Source: Spirochaetia bacterium (GTDB taxonomy: Bacteria; Spirochaetota; Spirochaetia; CADAEX01). From it: 64,000 bases of DNA. Numbering within the stretch: the first letter of the stretch is position 1; the number at the start of each line of letters is the position of its first letter. The stretch spans positions 800,001-864,000 of the forward strand of contig OY759746.1 in the NCBI GenBank assembly GCA_963662795.1, written 5' to 3'. The translations under genes were made by a program, and so were the position numbers. The notes below the pieces were generated by a model, which ran no database searches, was not told the origin of the DNA, and was given only the letters and a program-made list of their open reading frames with translations. Shown here one piece after another: positions 1 to 9,517 of the stretch.

Positions 1-203
1 CTGCTGAAAAGCGCATGAAAAATTGTCATTTTCCTGCATTCGCGGCAAAGCTTAAACCTTTTCTCATAAACAAGACACTGGTTCGATTCAATATCCAGAT
101 ACTGGCACGGGCAGTTTTTATCTATAATGCAGTTACCATCGATCACTTTTTTTTTCAGGCAGCAGATGCCGCATTTATTGCAGAGATTCTCCCACCACTT
201 CAT
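1..203 (-). CDS. YkgJ/YcgN-like CxxCxxCC cysteine-cluster protein (3' end beyond window start)
   Basis: Not in ORF track. Manual translation from ATG at 203 gives MKWWENLCNKCGICCLKKK...CPCQYLDIESNQCLVYEKRFKLCREC, with CxxCxxCC and CxYL...CxVYExR motifs. Confidence 0.75.
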   Translation of the reverse strand, partial: MKWWENLCNKCGICCLKKKVIDGNCIIDKNCPCQYLDIESNQCLVYEKRFKLCRECRKMTIFHALFS

Positions 204-215
204 ATTTAATACCGG

Positions 216-2264
216 CTACTGGCCCGAGGCAAAATAGCCCATTTCATCCCGTCCGCTCTTTTTATTATAGACAGTTTCAAGTTTTACAGGTATATATTTC
301 CGGCCGAACTCTTCAAAGCTTTTTGATCTGTATTCAAGCAGATAATAGCTGCTTGGTGAATCTTTTATGACATTTGCGATTTCGCCTATTCCATCCGGCT
401 CATAAATGTAATAAGCGGATCCGCCGGTTTCTCTGCACAGATAATCAAGTTCTTCGTTAACGGCACCGGGTTCAAAATAGATATAATAAAAATTTATGTT
501 ATTGTTCCTGAGGTACTGCATGATATCAACAAGCCTGTACTGATCAAATTTAAAAAGTGACGGTTTGCCTGAATAAAGAAACACAACAGCCTTTTTATCC
601 ATACTTCTTACAATCTGTGAAGCGCCGAGCCTGATGCCGGCTCCGAGAGCAAATTCCGAAGAATAGGAAGTGCTTTGCAGAATGTTTTTTATTACATCTT
701 CTCTCTCTGTTTTCTCATCAGCAATCATTTCAGCATTCCGGCCGGCGGATATAAGCCTTATCCTGTCGGTGGTTTTAAATGAACCGTAAAGCTCGTTTAT
801 GGTTTTCCTTAAGACATCCTTCTTTTCTGTCATATATACTGATTCTTCAAAAACAACAGAGATATCTGCTGTTTTTGACTGATTTCCCTGAAAAACAAGG
901 GACAAGTCATCAGGATATTTCCCGTCCTCTGATATTCTGAAGTTGCCTTTTTCAAGGCCAAGGACAGGCTGGCCGTTTCTTTTTTCTATGCTCGCAAGCA
1001 GTCTTACATTGGGAAATTTAGCTTCATCAATACTGTCTATCCTTACAAACAATCCTTCATAAACAGACTCAATATCAGAGAGAAACATGATGCTGTTATT
1101 GTTGAAATCAGAAGCCATAAGGTCGTTATTTGCATTATATCTTGCAAAAGCCAGACGCCCCTGCCTGCCTGCCTCGAATATTACTTCAGCATGTTCAAGC
1201 TCCAGATTAAAAACAACTATACGGTCAGTATCCGCTACAAGCAGGGAATTGCCGCCGCCCGCAGATATCCCTTCCGGGCCGTGAAAAATTCCCCGCCCTA
1301 CAGTCTTTATAAAATTACCGCTGTGATCAAATATATCAATGGATTTTCTGTCAAGATCAGCTACGCAGACCATATCATCAATAACAGCTACTCCGGTAGG
1401 CCCTTTAAGACCTGAATATCTGCCTGATGATTTTCCAAAACTTAGTATGAACTGGCCGTCATAATCAAATTTTGAAACCCTTTTATTCCCCCAGTCAGAA
1501 ACATAGATATAGCCGTTTCCGCTGTCTGCAAGGTACTGCGGTCCCAAAAGCTCTCCGCTCCCGCTTCCCCTTTTCCCGAATTTCTTTTCTATCCGTCCTC
1601 CAAGAGTAAGCTTTGTTATCTGGTTGCCTGAATATTCGCTGACAAAAAGTGACCCGTCTGTGGCGCTTATTACATCAAAAGGATTATTAATAATCCCAAG
1701 GCCCCCTTTTATCCTGCTAAGCAGTCTTCCATTGGCGTTAAAAACAACAAGTTCATTTGTGACAAAACTCGCAACAATAAAATCACCGCCGGGAAGAGGG
1801 AGCACTGCCCCGGGACGTCTGAAATACTGTCCGTCTTCCTCGGTGCCCCCTTTTATCTCTTTTTCAATTATCAGTTTTTTTGCGTTCTGAGGAATATCAT
1901 AGATCCTCCGCTTTGATGAAATTATTTCCATTTTATTATCAAGATTTGTGGATCTGTATCCCGAATCAATCAGGGCCTTCCAGACAGACATGGCTGTATC
2001 CTCAAGACCGGACATGTAATAAGCTCTTCCGAGCCATTCTCTCGAAAGATAGTCCTGGGGATTGTATGAAACCGCTTTTTCAAATGAGAATATTGCCTTG
2101 TTGTAATAACCTGTGTAAAAAGACTTTACCCCCCATTTGAATTCATCAAAACCCTGAGAAATATCCATAAAATTCTGGGGGGATGCTGTAAATACTGAGC
2201 AGAGAAATATTACAATAGAAATGCTTAATATATGAAATCGGCGTGATGATCTGGTTTTTTTCAC
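216..2264 (-). CDS. Exported TPR + NHL beta-propeller + vWA-like protein (spirochaete TP0421/BB0236-like)
   Basis: Signal peptide, N-terminal TPRs, NHL repeats (GPQYLA...IYVSDWGNKRVSKFD; GPTGVAV), C-terminal vWA-like region (LCRETGG); surE neighbourhood. Confidence 0.75.
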   Translation of the reverse strand: MKKTRSSRRFHILSISIVIFLCSVFTASPQNFMDISQGFDEFKWGVKSFYTGYYNKAIFSFEKAVSYNPQDYLSREWLGRAYYMSGLEDTAMSVWKALIDSGYRSTNLDNKMEIISSKRRIYDIPQNAKKLIIEKEIKGGTEEDGQYFRRPGAVLPLPGGDFIVASFVTNELVVFNANGRLLSRIKGGLGIINNPFDVISATDGSLFVSEYSGNQITKLTLGGRIEKKFGKRGSGSGELLGPQYLADSGNGYIYVSDWGNKRVSKFDYDGQFILSFGKSSGRYSGLKGPTGVAVIDDMVCVADLDRKSIDIFDHSGNFIKTVGRGIFHGPEGISAGGGNSLLVADTDRIVVFNLELEHAEVIFEAGRQGRLAFARYNANNDLMASDFNNNSIMFLSDIESVYEGLFVRIDSIDEAKFPNVRLLASIEKRNGQPVLGLEKGNFRISEDGKYPDDLSLVFQGNQSKTADISVVFEESVYMTEKKDVLRKTINELYGSFKTTDRIRLISAGRNAEMIADEKTEREDVIKNILQSTSYSSEFALGAGIRLGASQIVRSMDKKAVVFLYSGKPSLFKFDQYRLVDIMQYLRNNNINFYYIYFEPGAVNEELDYLCRETGGSAYYIYEPDGIGEIANVIKDSPSSYYLLEYRSKSFEEFGRKYIPVKLETVYNKKSGRDEMGYFASGQ

Positions 2265-2309
2265 AGAAACATTATGCAGTATGTAAGTTTTTTTGTCCAG
2301 AATTAATAC

Positions 2310-2480
2310 TTAAACCAGAAAATCAACTTCACTGTCATCTGTTACAGCGCTCAAATCTCCCTTTACTCCAAGAAACAGAAGTCCTTTCAGGTCTTTGTCA
2401 TCGATCAGGGAATCTTGTTCCGGAAGTTTCGGCATTTTGTGAGTCTGGCTGACAGGAATATCTTTTATACTTTCAACCAT
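2310..2480 (-). CDS. Small hypothetical protein (~56 aa)
   Basis: ORF 2310..2519; ATG at 2480 preferred because it follows GGAGAGCAGG; ends DSEVDFLV. Confidence 0.6.
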   Translation of the reverse strand: MVESIKDIPVSQTHKMPKLPEQDSLIDDKDLKGLLFLGVKGDLSAVTDDSEVDFLV

Positions 2481-2503
2481 AATCCTGCTCTCCTTATACA
2501 GCA

Positions 2504-2531
2504 TTATCGGCTTTATCAATTATTTTCTTGA
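2504..2531 (-). promoter_or_regulatory. Candidate sigma28 (FliA) promoter
   Basis: Minus strand reads TCAAG-N15-GCCGATAA, upstream of the small ORF. Confidence 0.5.
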
Positions 2532-3191
2532 ATCCATCACCTGTTTCAGGTGTTTTGCAACAATTCTGTTCCCTTTGGATTTATCAAAGGCAATCCGCAG
2601 ATATTCAAGAGACTCATCTGTTTTACCGTTTTTATAAAGGGCCCAGCCCAGAGAATCAAGATACGGATAGTGCTCAGGAGATTTTTCTACAGCCCTGCGG
2701 CAGTATGCAACTGCTTTTTTGGGATCAATATTTTCATCAGCAAGAATATAACCGATTGAATTAAGAGTGGAAGCATGTTCAGGGTCAAGCTCAAGCGCTT
2801 TTTCATAGTATTCCATGGATTTTTCTGTATTATTCTGATGATAATGGATATATCCGTAAGAGCAGTATACCTGTACAGATTCATATCCGTCTTCAATAAG
2901 CCGCTTAAGTTCAAAATCAGCCATCCTGAACTGTTCCGTAATCGCGTAAATATAACACAGAACCATTCTGCACTGATAAATGTAAAGTACATTGGAATGG
3001 GAAGTTATAACCTGTTCAAGAAACAGAACAGCTTCGTCATATTGCTTCAGCTGGGTGTAACACAGTCCAAGATAGTATGACAGGTCAGCATTGTCCTCAA
3101 GATTGTGCTCCGATTTGAGAAGTTCCTTGAGTGCCTTGTCATATTTTTTTTCCCGGTAAAGCTTTACAGCTTTCTGGAAATTATTATCCAT
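2520..3191 (-). CDS. Tetratricopeptide repeat protein
   Basis: Multiple TPRs (YYLGLCYTQLKQYDEA; YLDSLGWALYKNGK); start MDNNF at 3191 overlaps the surE stop. Confidence 0.85.
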   Translation of the reverse strand: MDNNFQKAVKLYREKKYDKALKELLKSEHNLEDNADLSYYLGLCYTQLKQYDEAVLFLEQVITSHSNVLYIYQCRMVLCYIYAITEQFRMADFELKRLIEDGYESVQVYCSYGYIHYHQNNTEKSMEYYEKALELDPEHASTLNSIGYILADENIDPKKAVAYCRRAVEKSPEHYPYLDSLGWALYKNGKTDESLEYLRIAFDKSKGNRIVAKHLKQVMDSRK

Positions 3192-3945
3192 GACTGTTCC
3201 TGCTAAAAATATTTTTATACAGATGCCCTGTATCAGTATCAATAAGCGGCTGCAACAAAACAGGCGATACTGATATCATGCCATTATCAACAGCATAACA
3301 GTCAGTTCCGAATTTGTCATCATGTGATATCTTTTTTATTTCAAGAGTTATGTCAATGGTGCCGTTTTCCTCAAAACCGCCGTGCCCGATATATTCTTCA
3401 TAAAACCGCCGTGCAGGGTTTGTTATCATAACCTCGTGATGGAGGACAGGTGTGCTTGGAACATTGATATTGATAAAATGATATTCATTCCAGTTTGAAT
3501 AAAATGTTTCAATATTATCAGCAACAAATGCGGCTGCTTTTTCAAAATAGAAGGGATTGATGTCTGATGTTACTGATACTGCCACCCCTGGTACGCCCAT
3601 AATTGCGGCCTGTCTTGCAGCTGCTGCGGTACCTGAATAAATTATATCTGTACCCAGATTTGGCCCCAGATTTATACCTGATACAACAATATCCGGGAAA
3701 AAACCATCAATTATTCCATGCAGGGTTCTGTGCACGCAATCAGCCGGAGTTCCGCTGCAGCTGTAGTGGGTATCGTCTATTTTTACTATTTTTACATTTC
3801 CGTGAAAGGTAAGTGAATTGGAAAATCCGCTTCTTTCTTCCGCCGGAGCGACAACAACTATTTCATGTTTTCCGGCAAGGCTTTCTTCAACAGCCTTAAG
3901 TCCCGGGCTGTTTATCCCGTCATCATTTGTAAGGAGAATTTTCAT
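3184..3945 (-). CDS. surE: 5'/3'-nucleotidase SurE
   Basis: ILLTNDDG, GTPADCV, VVSGINLGPNLG, YSGT motifs. Confidence 0.95.
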   Translation of the reverse strand: MKILLTNDDGINSPGLKAVEESLAGKHEIVVVAPAEERSGFSNSLTFHGNVKIVKIDDTHYSCSGTPADCVHRTLHGIIDGFFPDIVVSGINLGPNLGTDIIYSGTAAAARQAAIMGVPGVAVSVTSDINPFYFEKAAAFVADNIETFYSNWNEYHFININVPSTPVLHHEVMITNPARRFYEEYIGHGGFEENGTIDITLEIKKISHDDKFGTDCYAVDNGMISVSPVLLQPLIDTDTGHLYKNIFSRNSHG

Positions 3946-3952
3946 ATTGCTT

Positions 3953-5107
3953 TCAGTCTAATGAATAAATAATCTTTGCGCCAGAGGAAACATTACAGTT
4001 AATCATATCAGCCTTAAATCCGAAGATTCTTTCGTATTCATCCAGTTTTTCCCGGTAGCGGTCAATTGCTGAATTTTTTATCAGTGTTATTGTACAGCCG
4101 CCGAATCCAGTCCCGGTTATTTTTGATCCGTAAATTCCTTCAATTTCCTGTGCCCTTTTTACAAGCCAGTCAATTTCAGGACAGGAGACTTCAAAATTAT
4201 CTCTGAGGCTTTCATGGGACCTGTTCATAAGCTTCCCAAGCGTAATCATATCGCCTCTTTTTATTGCAGTTCTGGATTCTTCTGTTCTTGTTATCTCATC
4301 AACAACATGCAGGCATCGTCTTCTTATATGTTCAGGGACGACTCCCATTCCATGACGCAGATCACTGTTATTATAATCCCGAAGAGCAGTCCCGAACTTG
4401 AATGAATTAAGCCCTTCTACACATTTACGTGTATCCCTGCGTCTTTCTTCCACCTCTTTATCGACCGGGATAAGAGGAACATTTGAAACCGTGAGAATCA
4501 GTGAAACATCTTTTCCGGGCACAGGCAGATATTCTACCGTACAGGAACGGAGATCCACATATAGAAGTTTATCATTCTGTCCGTAAAGTGCGGAATAAAC
4601 GCCGGAAGGGACTTTACTCGATCCCAGGAATTTATCCTCGCCGTTATATATAATTTTTACAAGTTCTTCGTTGGAAAGTTCAAGTTTGAATAAGCCGGAA
4701 AGGGCAATTGCAGTTGCTGTTTCAATCGAAGAAGAAGAAGAGAGTCCTATACCCTGGGGAATATTGCCGGACAATGTAACATCAAGCCCTTTAAAAACAT
4801 GACCTGAATTTTCCATGGAAAAAATAACGCTTTTTATATAGTTTGCCCAACGGTCTTCCCGTTTGTACTTGATATTTGCCGCAGATGTTCTTTTTCTTTC
4901 TGCAAAATCAACTGCATAAAAGCGGAGGGAATTGTCTTTTCGCCTTGAAATTGCAACAAAAACCTTTAAATCAAGTGCTGCCTGGATCATAAATCCGTCA
5001 TCAGAATCAACATGATTTCCCATAACAGTTACAGCCGCTGGAGCCTCAACTACAATTTCAGGGTCTGAAACATACTCATCCTGGTGAAGAGATATGATTT
5101 TTTCCAT
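3953..5107 (-). CDS. Galactokinase-like GHMP kinase with degenerate sugar-binding motif
   Basis: PQGIGLSSSSS GHMP motif, SHESLRDNFEVSCPEID, KITGTGFGGC; N-terminal motif altered. Confidence 0.8.
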   Translation of the reverse strand: MEKIISLHQDEYVSDPEIVVEAPAAVTVMGNHVDSDDGFMIQAALDLKVFVAISRRKDNSLRFYAVDFAERKRTSAANIKYKREDRWANYIKSVIFSMENSGHVFKGLDVTLSGNIPQGIGLSSSSSIETATAIALSGLFKLELSNEELVKIIYNGEDKFLGSSKVPSGVYSALYGQNDKLLYVDLRSCTVEYLPVPGKDVSLILTVSNVPLIPVDKEVEERRRDTRKCVEGLNSFKFGTALRDYNNSDLRHGMGVVPEHIRRRCLHVVDEITRTEESRTAIKRGDMITLGKLMNRSHESLRDNFEVSCPEIDWLVKRAQEIEGIYGSKITGTGFGGCTITLIKNSAIDRYREKLDEYERIFGFKADMINCNVSSGAKIIYSLD

Positions 5108-5115
5108 TGGTTTCT

Positions 5116-5144
5116 ATAATATATGAAAATTATTTAATGTGCAA
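5116..5144 (-). promoter_or_regulatory. sigma70-type promoter of the galK-like gene (near-leaderless)
   Basis: TTGCAC-N17-TATTAT; the -10 ends 8 nt before the ATG; no SD. Confidence 0.45.
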
Positions 5145-5191
5145 CAAAAAAAGTTTTAGAGAATATTGAGGTTTTTGAGTTTTAAGACTGG

Positions 5192-5227
5192 AAAAAAAAC
5201 ACGCCTCCTGTTAAGTCAGCGTGTTTT
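5192..5227 (-). terminator. Intrinsic terminator after rho-rpmE
   Basis: Inverted repeat aaaacacgc/gcgtgtttt with a T-run on the minus strand. Confidence 0.65.
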
Positions 5228-5299
5228 AGTGTAAAGCTTTTATACCTGAAAAAGGGTCTCCTTAACAAGTGCCTTTACATCGTGATTCTGAACCAGCAA

Positions 5300-5512
5300 T
5301 TATTTCTGGGGTTTTGCAACACCATATTTTCTGTTGAATCTTTCAACTCTTCCGGCTGTATCTACCAGTTTTTCCTTACCGGTAAAAAAGGGATGACAGC
5401 TTGAACAAATTTCAACCTGCAGATCCTTAACAGTAGATCTGGTTGTTATTACATTTCCGCATGCGCAGGTAATTGTTGTTTCAGCATATTCGGGATGAAT
5501 ATCTTTCTTCAT
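5300..5512 (-). CDS. rpmE: 50S ribosomal protein L31 (Zn-binding type)
   Basis: MKKDIHPEY...CACG...[10 protein letters not shown]...GRVERFN. Confidence 0.97.
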   Translation of the reverse strand: MKKDIHPEYAETTITCACGNVITTRSTVKDLQVEICSSCHPFFTGKEKLVDTAGRVERFNRKYGVAKPQK

Positions 5513-5526
5513 TTTATATCCTCCAA

Positions 5527-7158
5527 TCAGCCCTGGAAATCGCCAGGACCTGTAGTATTCATTGATCTCAGGAACGCCTCATTGTTCTTTGTTTTTCGCA
5601 TTTTGTCAATCAACAATTCAATGATTTCAACATCCTCCATGGGATTGATGACCTTTCTGAGTATCCACATTTTATTCATTTCTTCCTCAGAAAGAAGCAG
5701 CTCTTCCTTCCTGGTTCCTGACCGCTTAATATTTATGGCAGGATAAAGACGCCGATCTGATATTTTTCTGTCAAGGTTCATTTCCATGTTACCGGTTCCC
5801 TTGAACTCTTCAAATATAACCTCATCCATTCTGCTGCCTGTTTCTATAAGGGCTGTTGCTACAATAGTAAGGCTCCCGCCGTTTTCAATATTCCTTGCCG
5901 CACCGAAGAACCTCTTCGGTTTATGCAACGCGTTTGAATCAACACCGCCTGAGAGAATCTTGCCTGATGTTGGTACAGTCTGGTTGTAAGCCCTGGCAAG
6001 TCTGGTAATTGAGTCAAGAAGTATTACAACATCTTTTTTATGCTCAACAAGTCTTTTCGCTTTTTCAATTACCATTTCGGCTACCTGCACATGGCGTGTT
6101 GCCTGTTCATCAAAGGTAGAAGAAATAACCTCTCCCTTTACATTGCGCTTCATATCTGTAACCTCTTCAGGCCGCTCATCTATAAGCAGGACAATGAGGT
6201 GAATTTCAGGATGGTTTGCTGTAATTGAATTTGCAATTTTCTGAAGTATTATTGTTTTTCCTGTCCTCGGCGGGGCGACGATCAGTCCCCTCTGTCCTTT
6301 GCCGATTGGGCAGAAAAGGTTGATCATACGTGTTGTTGAATCCCCTGTTTCAATTTCCATGTTTATCCTTTTGTCAGGATAAAGCGGAGTAAGGTTGTCA
6401 AAAGGGACACGGGTCTGGGCAACAGAGGGGTCGTCATAGTTTACCTTTTCAACCCGCAGCATTGCAAAAAACCGCTCCCCTTCGCGCGGAGTTCTGATCT
6501 GCCCGCCGACAGTATCGCCGGTCCGCAGGTTGAAAAGCCGTATCTGCGAAGGCGATATGTATATATCATCTGAACCGGGAAGATAGCTGTTCTGAGGTGA
6601 TCTCAGAAAACCATATCCGTCAGGAAGAATTTCAAGTGACCCATAGGCATGAATAATTCCGTTTTTTGCGGTATGCGCTTTAAGAATATTGAAGATCAGT
6701 TCCTGTTTGCGCAGACTCCCTATATTATCATGGAAAGCCCCGATCTGGATTGCGAATTCCCTTAAATCAGGAAGGCCCATTCTGGTGAGATCGTTGATGC
6801 TGAGCTTGCTTTTGGAATCATCATTTTCACCATTGGAATCGCCGTTCTGGCCTTTTCCTCTGGTAAGTCTTGAAAATATTGCCGCAGATATATCTTCTTC
6901 AGACTGGTCTTCGAGAAAAACCGGCGGCTGATTGAAGGACTGATCCTCATCTTTTGCTTTTACTGTATCAGTTTTTTCTTCTGGTTTTTTGATTTTTTCA
7001 TTCTCTTGCGGAACACCATTATCCTTAATAAGCTCAACCCTGATTTTTCTTTTTCTTATTCTTTTTATATTATCCGCATGGGGGGAGGCAGTGGAAGGAT
7101 TTTCAGATTTTCCTGAAACAGGAGGCTGATCCTCTTTTTTTTCTTCGGAATCCAACAT
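5527..7158 (-). CDS. rho: Transcription termination factor Rho with N-terminal extension
   Basis: [43 protein letters not shown]. Confidence 0.97.
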   Translation of the reverse strand: MLDSEEKKEDQPPVSGKSENPSTASPHADNIKRIRKRKIRVELIKDNGVPQENEKIKKPEEKTDTVKAKDEDQSFNQPPVFLEDQSEEDISAAIFSRLTRGKGQNGDSNGENDDSKSKLSINDLTRMGLPDLREFAIQIGAFHDNIGSLRKQELIFNILKAHTAKNGIIHAYGSLEILPDGYGFLRSPQNSYLPGSDDIYISPSQIRLFNLRTGDTVGGQIRTPREGERFFAMLRVEKVNYDDPSVAQTRVPFDNLTPLYPDKRINMEIETGDSTTRMINLFCPIGKGQRGLIVAPPRTGKTIILQKIANSITANHPEIHLIVLLIDERPEEVTDMKRNVKGEVISSTFDEQATRHVQVAEMVIEKAKRLVEHKKDVVILLDSITRLARAYNQTVPTSGKILSGGVDSNALHKPKRFFGAARNIENGGSLTIVATALIETGSRMDEVIFEEFKGTGNMEMNLDRKISDRRLYPAINIKRSGTRKEELLLSEEEMNKMWILRKVINPMEDVEIIELLIDKMRKTKNNEAFLRSMNTTGPGDFQG

Positions 7159-7304
7159 GAAAGGGTTTTATCTCCTCTTTTTTATTAATCTTTAATAACG
7201 ATTGTATGCGGACTTTTTAGGCAAACCACAGACCATCATCAATTTTTTATATTGCTTATTTATTTTAGCAGGATTAGATATAAGAACTTATTCAGTACAA
7301 CAAA

Positions 7305-8024
7305 CTAAATATAATATTCAAATATACTACTGTCAACCCCTGCGTTATTCAATAACTTTTTATAGACGATAAGTAATGCTGCCTGGGCAGCCTTTTCCCT
7401 TATTTCAGCTCTTGAACCGCTGAACAGAAACCTGTAAGAACTAATTGTTTCATTTTTTACACCAATCCAGACAGTCCCTGCGGGTTTTTCAAAACTTCCC
7501 CCTTCAGGACCTGCTATTCCTGAAACTGACACGCATATTCCTGTTCCTGATCTTTCAAGCCCCATTTCTGCCATGCTCTCGACAGTTTCCCTTGAGACTG
7601 CGCCGTATTTTTCAATAATCCCGGAAGGAACACCCATGGCAGTTTTTGCGCTGTTATCATAGGTTATAAATCCCCCCCAGAACCACAATGAACTCCCGGG
7701 TTTATCCGTAACCATTTTCCCGATAAGCCCGCCGGTACACGATTCAACGACAGAAAGTTTTAACCCTTTTTCCAGCAGGATTCCTGCGGCAAAATCTGCT
7801 ACAGGACAGTCAAAATCCGGCGCAGAAAAAAACATAAGATCTTTCGGCAGTGAATCAAGGAATTTTTTTATTGTTTCTTTTTTTTCGGAAACCAGCTTCA
7901 GTACAACACCGAATTCATCAGTCAGAATGCTGTAATCAAGCTGCGGAGTTTTTTGTTCTTCACATATTTTTCTAAGGTGAACGGGGGAAATTATAAAGAA
8001 TCTTATTTTTTTAAAAACAGCCAT
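7305..8024 (-). CDS. CinA C-terminal-domain (NMN deamidase PncC-like) protein with N-terminal extension
   Basis: VVESCTGG, PGSS, GAVS, SGIAGPEGG, GTVWIG. Confidence 0.85.
   Translation of the reverse strand: MAVFKKIRFFIISPVHLRKICEEQKTPQLDYSILTDEFGVVLKLVSEKKETIKKFLDSLPKDLMFFSAPDFDCPVADFAAGILLEKGLKLSVVESCTGGLIGKMVTDKPGSSLWFWGGFITYDNSAKTAMGVPSGIIEKYGAVSRETVESMAEMGLERSGTGICVSVSGIAGPEGGSFEKPAGTVWIGVKNETISSYRFLFSGSRAEIREKAAQAALLIVYKKLLNNAGVDSSIFEYYI
7308..7336 (-). promoter_or_regulatory. sigma70 promoter for rho-rpmE inside the 3' end of the cinA-like gene
   Basis: TTGACA-N17-TATATT. Confidence 0.65.
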
Positions 8025-8440
8025 CAGACAGTCTTAACTGTTTCCTTCAGTGACTGAACTCCGGTGGAGAAAATATCAACCTCGCTCTCCCCTTTGATCA
8101 TTTCACATTTCCCTTCAAAAACAACTCCGTCCGCAATCCTCAGTTTAGAAGTACGTATATTGCCGTATACCTGGCCTGTAGTAAGCATTTCAAGCCTGTC
8201 TGAAGCTTCAATATTTCCGCGGACTATACCGCCTACAACCACAGCACGCACCTTTATATCTGCTTTTACGACAGCGCCGTCTTCTATATAAAGAAAACCG
8301 GTCGATTCAATATCTCCCTCGAATTTACCATCAATTTTAAGAGACTCTGAAAACTTCATTGTACCCTTGAAGACTGTTTCCTTTCCCAGTGTTGTACTGA
8401 TTTTTTCAATACTTTTAATATCGTTGCTTTTTGCCATCAC
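8024..8440 (-). CDS. Bactofilin (polymer-forming cytoskeletal protein)
   Basis: TTLGKETVFKG...LKIDGKFEG...VVVGGIVRGNI...GVVFEGKC beta-helix pattern. Confidence 0.9.
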   Translation of the reverse strand: MMAKSNDIKSIEKISTTLGKETVFKGTMKFSESLKIDGKFEGDIESTGFLYIEDGAVVKADIKVRAVVVGGIVRGNIEASDRLEMLTTGQVYGNIRTSKLRIADGVVFEGKCEMIKGESEVDIFSTGVQSLKETVKTV

Positions 8441-8452
8441 ATTACCTGCTTT

Positions 8453-8674
8453 TTACTTGGTTGTCATTACATAAACACCATCCCAGTCTTCGGGCGGCGG
8501 ATTATCAATATAATAGGTGCATCTCTCAAGGTATACTTTCGAAGGCCCGTCATCGGGACAGACTTCAAGCGCTTTTTTAAAAAAGTTTATTGCTTCACCG
8601 AACTGCATCAATTTATAGGATTTTCTTCCCTCTGCAAAAAGCTCAACAGCTTTGAGTTTTTCTTCGGTAACCAT
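8453..8674 (-). CDS. Small stand-alone TPR protein
   Basis: Single TPR followed by PDDGPSKVYLERC...PPEDWDGVYVMTTK. Confidence 0.75.
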   Translation of the reverse strand: MVTEEKLKAVELFAEGRKSYKLMQFGEAINFFKKALEVCPDDGPSKVYLERCTYYIDNPPPEDWDGVYVMTTK

Positions 8675-9402
8675 TATCTGCCTCCTGCAGCTTTCATTTT
8701 ACTGCGTATGTTTCTGTATTTCTCTTCAAGGTCGGAAAGGTCAAGAGAATGGTCGCTGATTTCATTTTCCGCTTTTTTAATTTCTGCTATCTGAGCTGAA
8801 AGACTTTCGAGTGCGGCCATTATTTTGTTGGTGTTTTCGGCTATCAGGTTTACAAATGTATTTTTGTCAATACATTCTATATTACTGAAATCTGATATCG
8901 CTGATTTGAGGTTTCCTACAGGAGTTTTCAAATGATCGGAAAGAAATATAAACGTATTGCTTAAAGATTTGATAACAGCTACAGCTTCTTCATGCTGGGC
9001 CCTTTTGTACATAATTTCACGGTTTCGGAGTGCAGCCTTTATCCTGGCATACACAACTGCAAAACTGAACGGTTTTCTTATGTAGTCTTCAACTCCGAGA
9101 TTAAATCCTTCAACAACAGCCTCAGGATCAGCCATTTCCGACAGCATAATTATTGGTATATCGCTGAAGCTGGAATACCCTTCATCAGTCTTTAAAGTTC
9201 TGGTAATCTGCCATCCCGTTATCAGGGGAAGCATATCATCAATTATAATAATATCAGGTTTATTTTTTCTGATAAGGACAAAGACTGCTTCACCATCTTC
9301 TGCTTTATCAACAATAAAACCCAGGTTGCCGAGCATTATGTCAAAAAATTCCCGATTAACATTTTCGTCGTCTGCAATAAGTACTCTTCTTTTTTTGTCC
9401 AT
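8674..9402 (-). CDS. Response regulator: receiver domain plus degenerate HisKA-like helical tail
   Basis: VLIADDE, IIIDDMLP, DYIRKPF; C-terminal FLSDHLKTPV. Confidence 0.85.
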   Translation of the reverse strand: MDKKRRVLIADDENVNREFFDIMLGNLGFIVDKAEDGEAVFVLIRKNKPDIIIIDDMLPLITGWQITRTLKTDEGYSSFSDIPIIMLSEMADPEAVVEGFNLGVEDYIRKPFSFAVVYARIKAALRNREIMYKRAQHEEAVAVIKSLSNTFIFLSDHLKTPVGNLKSAISDFSNIECIDKNTFVNLIAENTNKIMAALESLSAQIAEIKKAENEISDHSLDLSDLEEKYRNIRSKMKAAGGR

Positions 9403-9517
9403 CTATCCAACCTGTGATAATTTCATGTTCATTATATCATAATTCATGATATTTTCCTATAATTGGTGAGAGTTGTCAATCAGATAATAAGTTGGCACGA
9501 TCTGTCTGCAATATAAT

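Noticed and set aside
9415-9452. Fur-like box / ATCAT-N5-ATGAT palindrome before the response regulator (similar site near 39136)
   Set aside because: Short AT-rich palindromes with different spacers; not distinguishable from chance by eye
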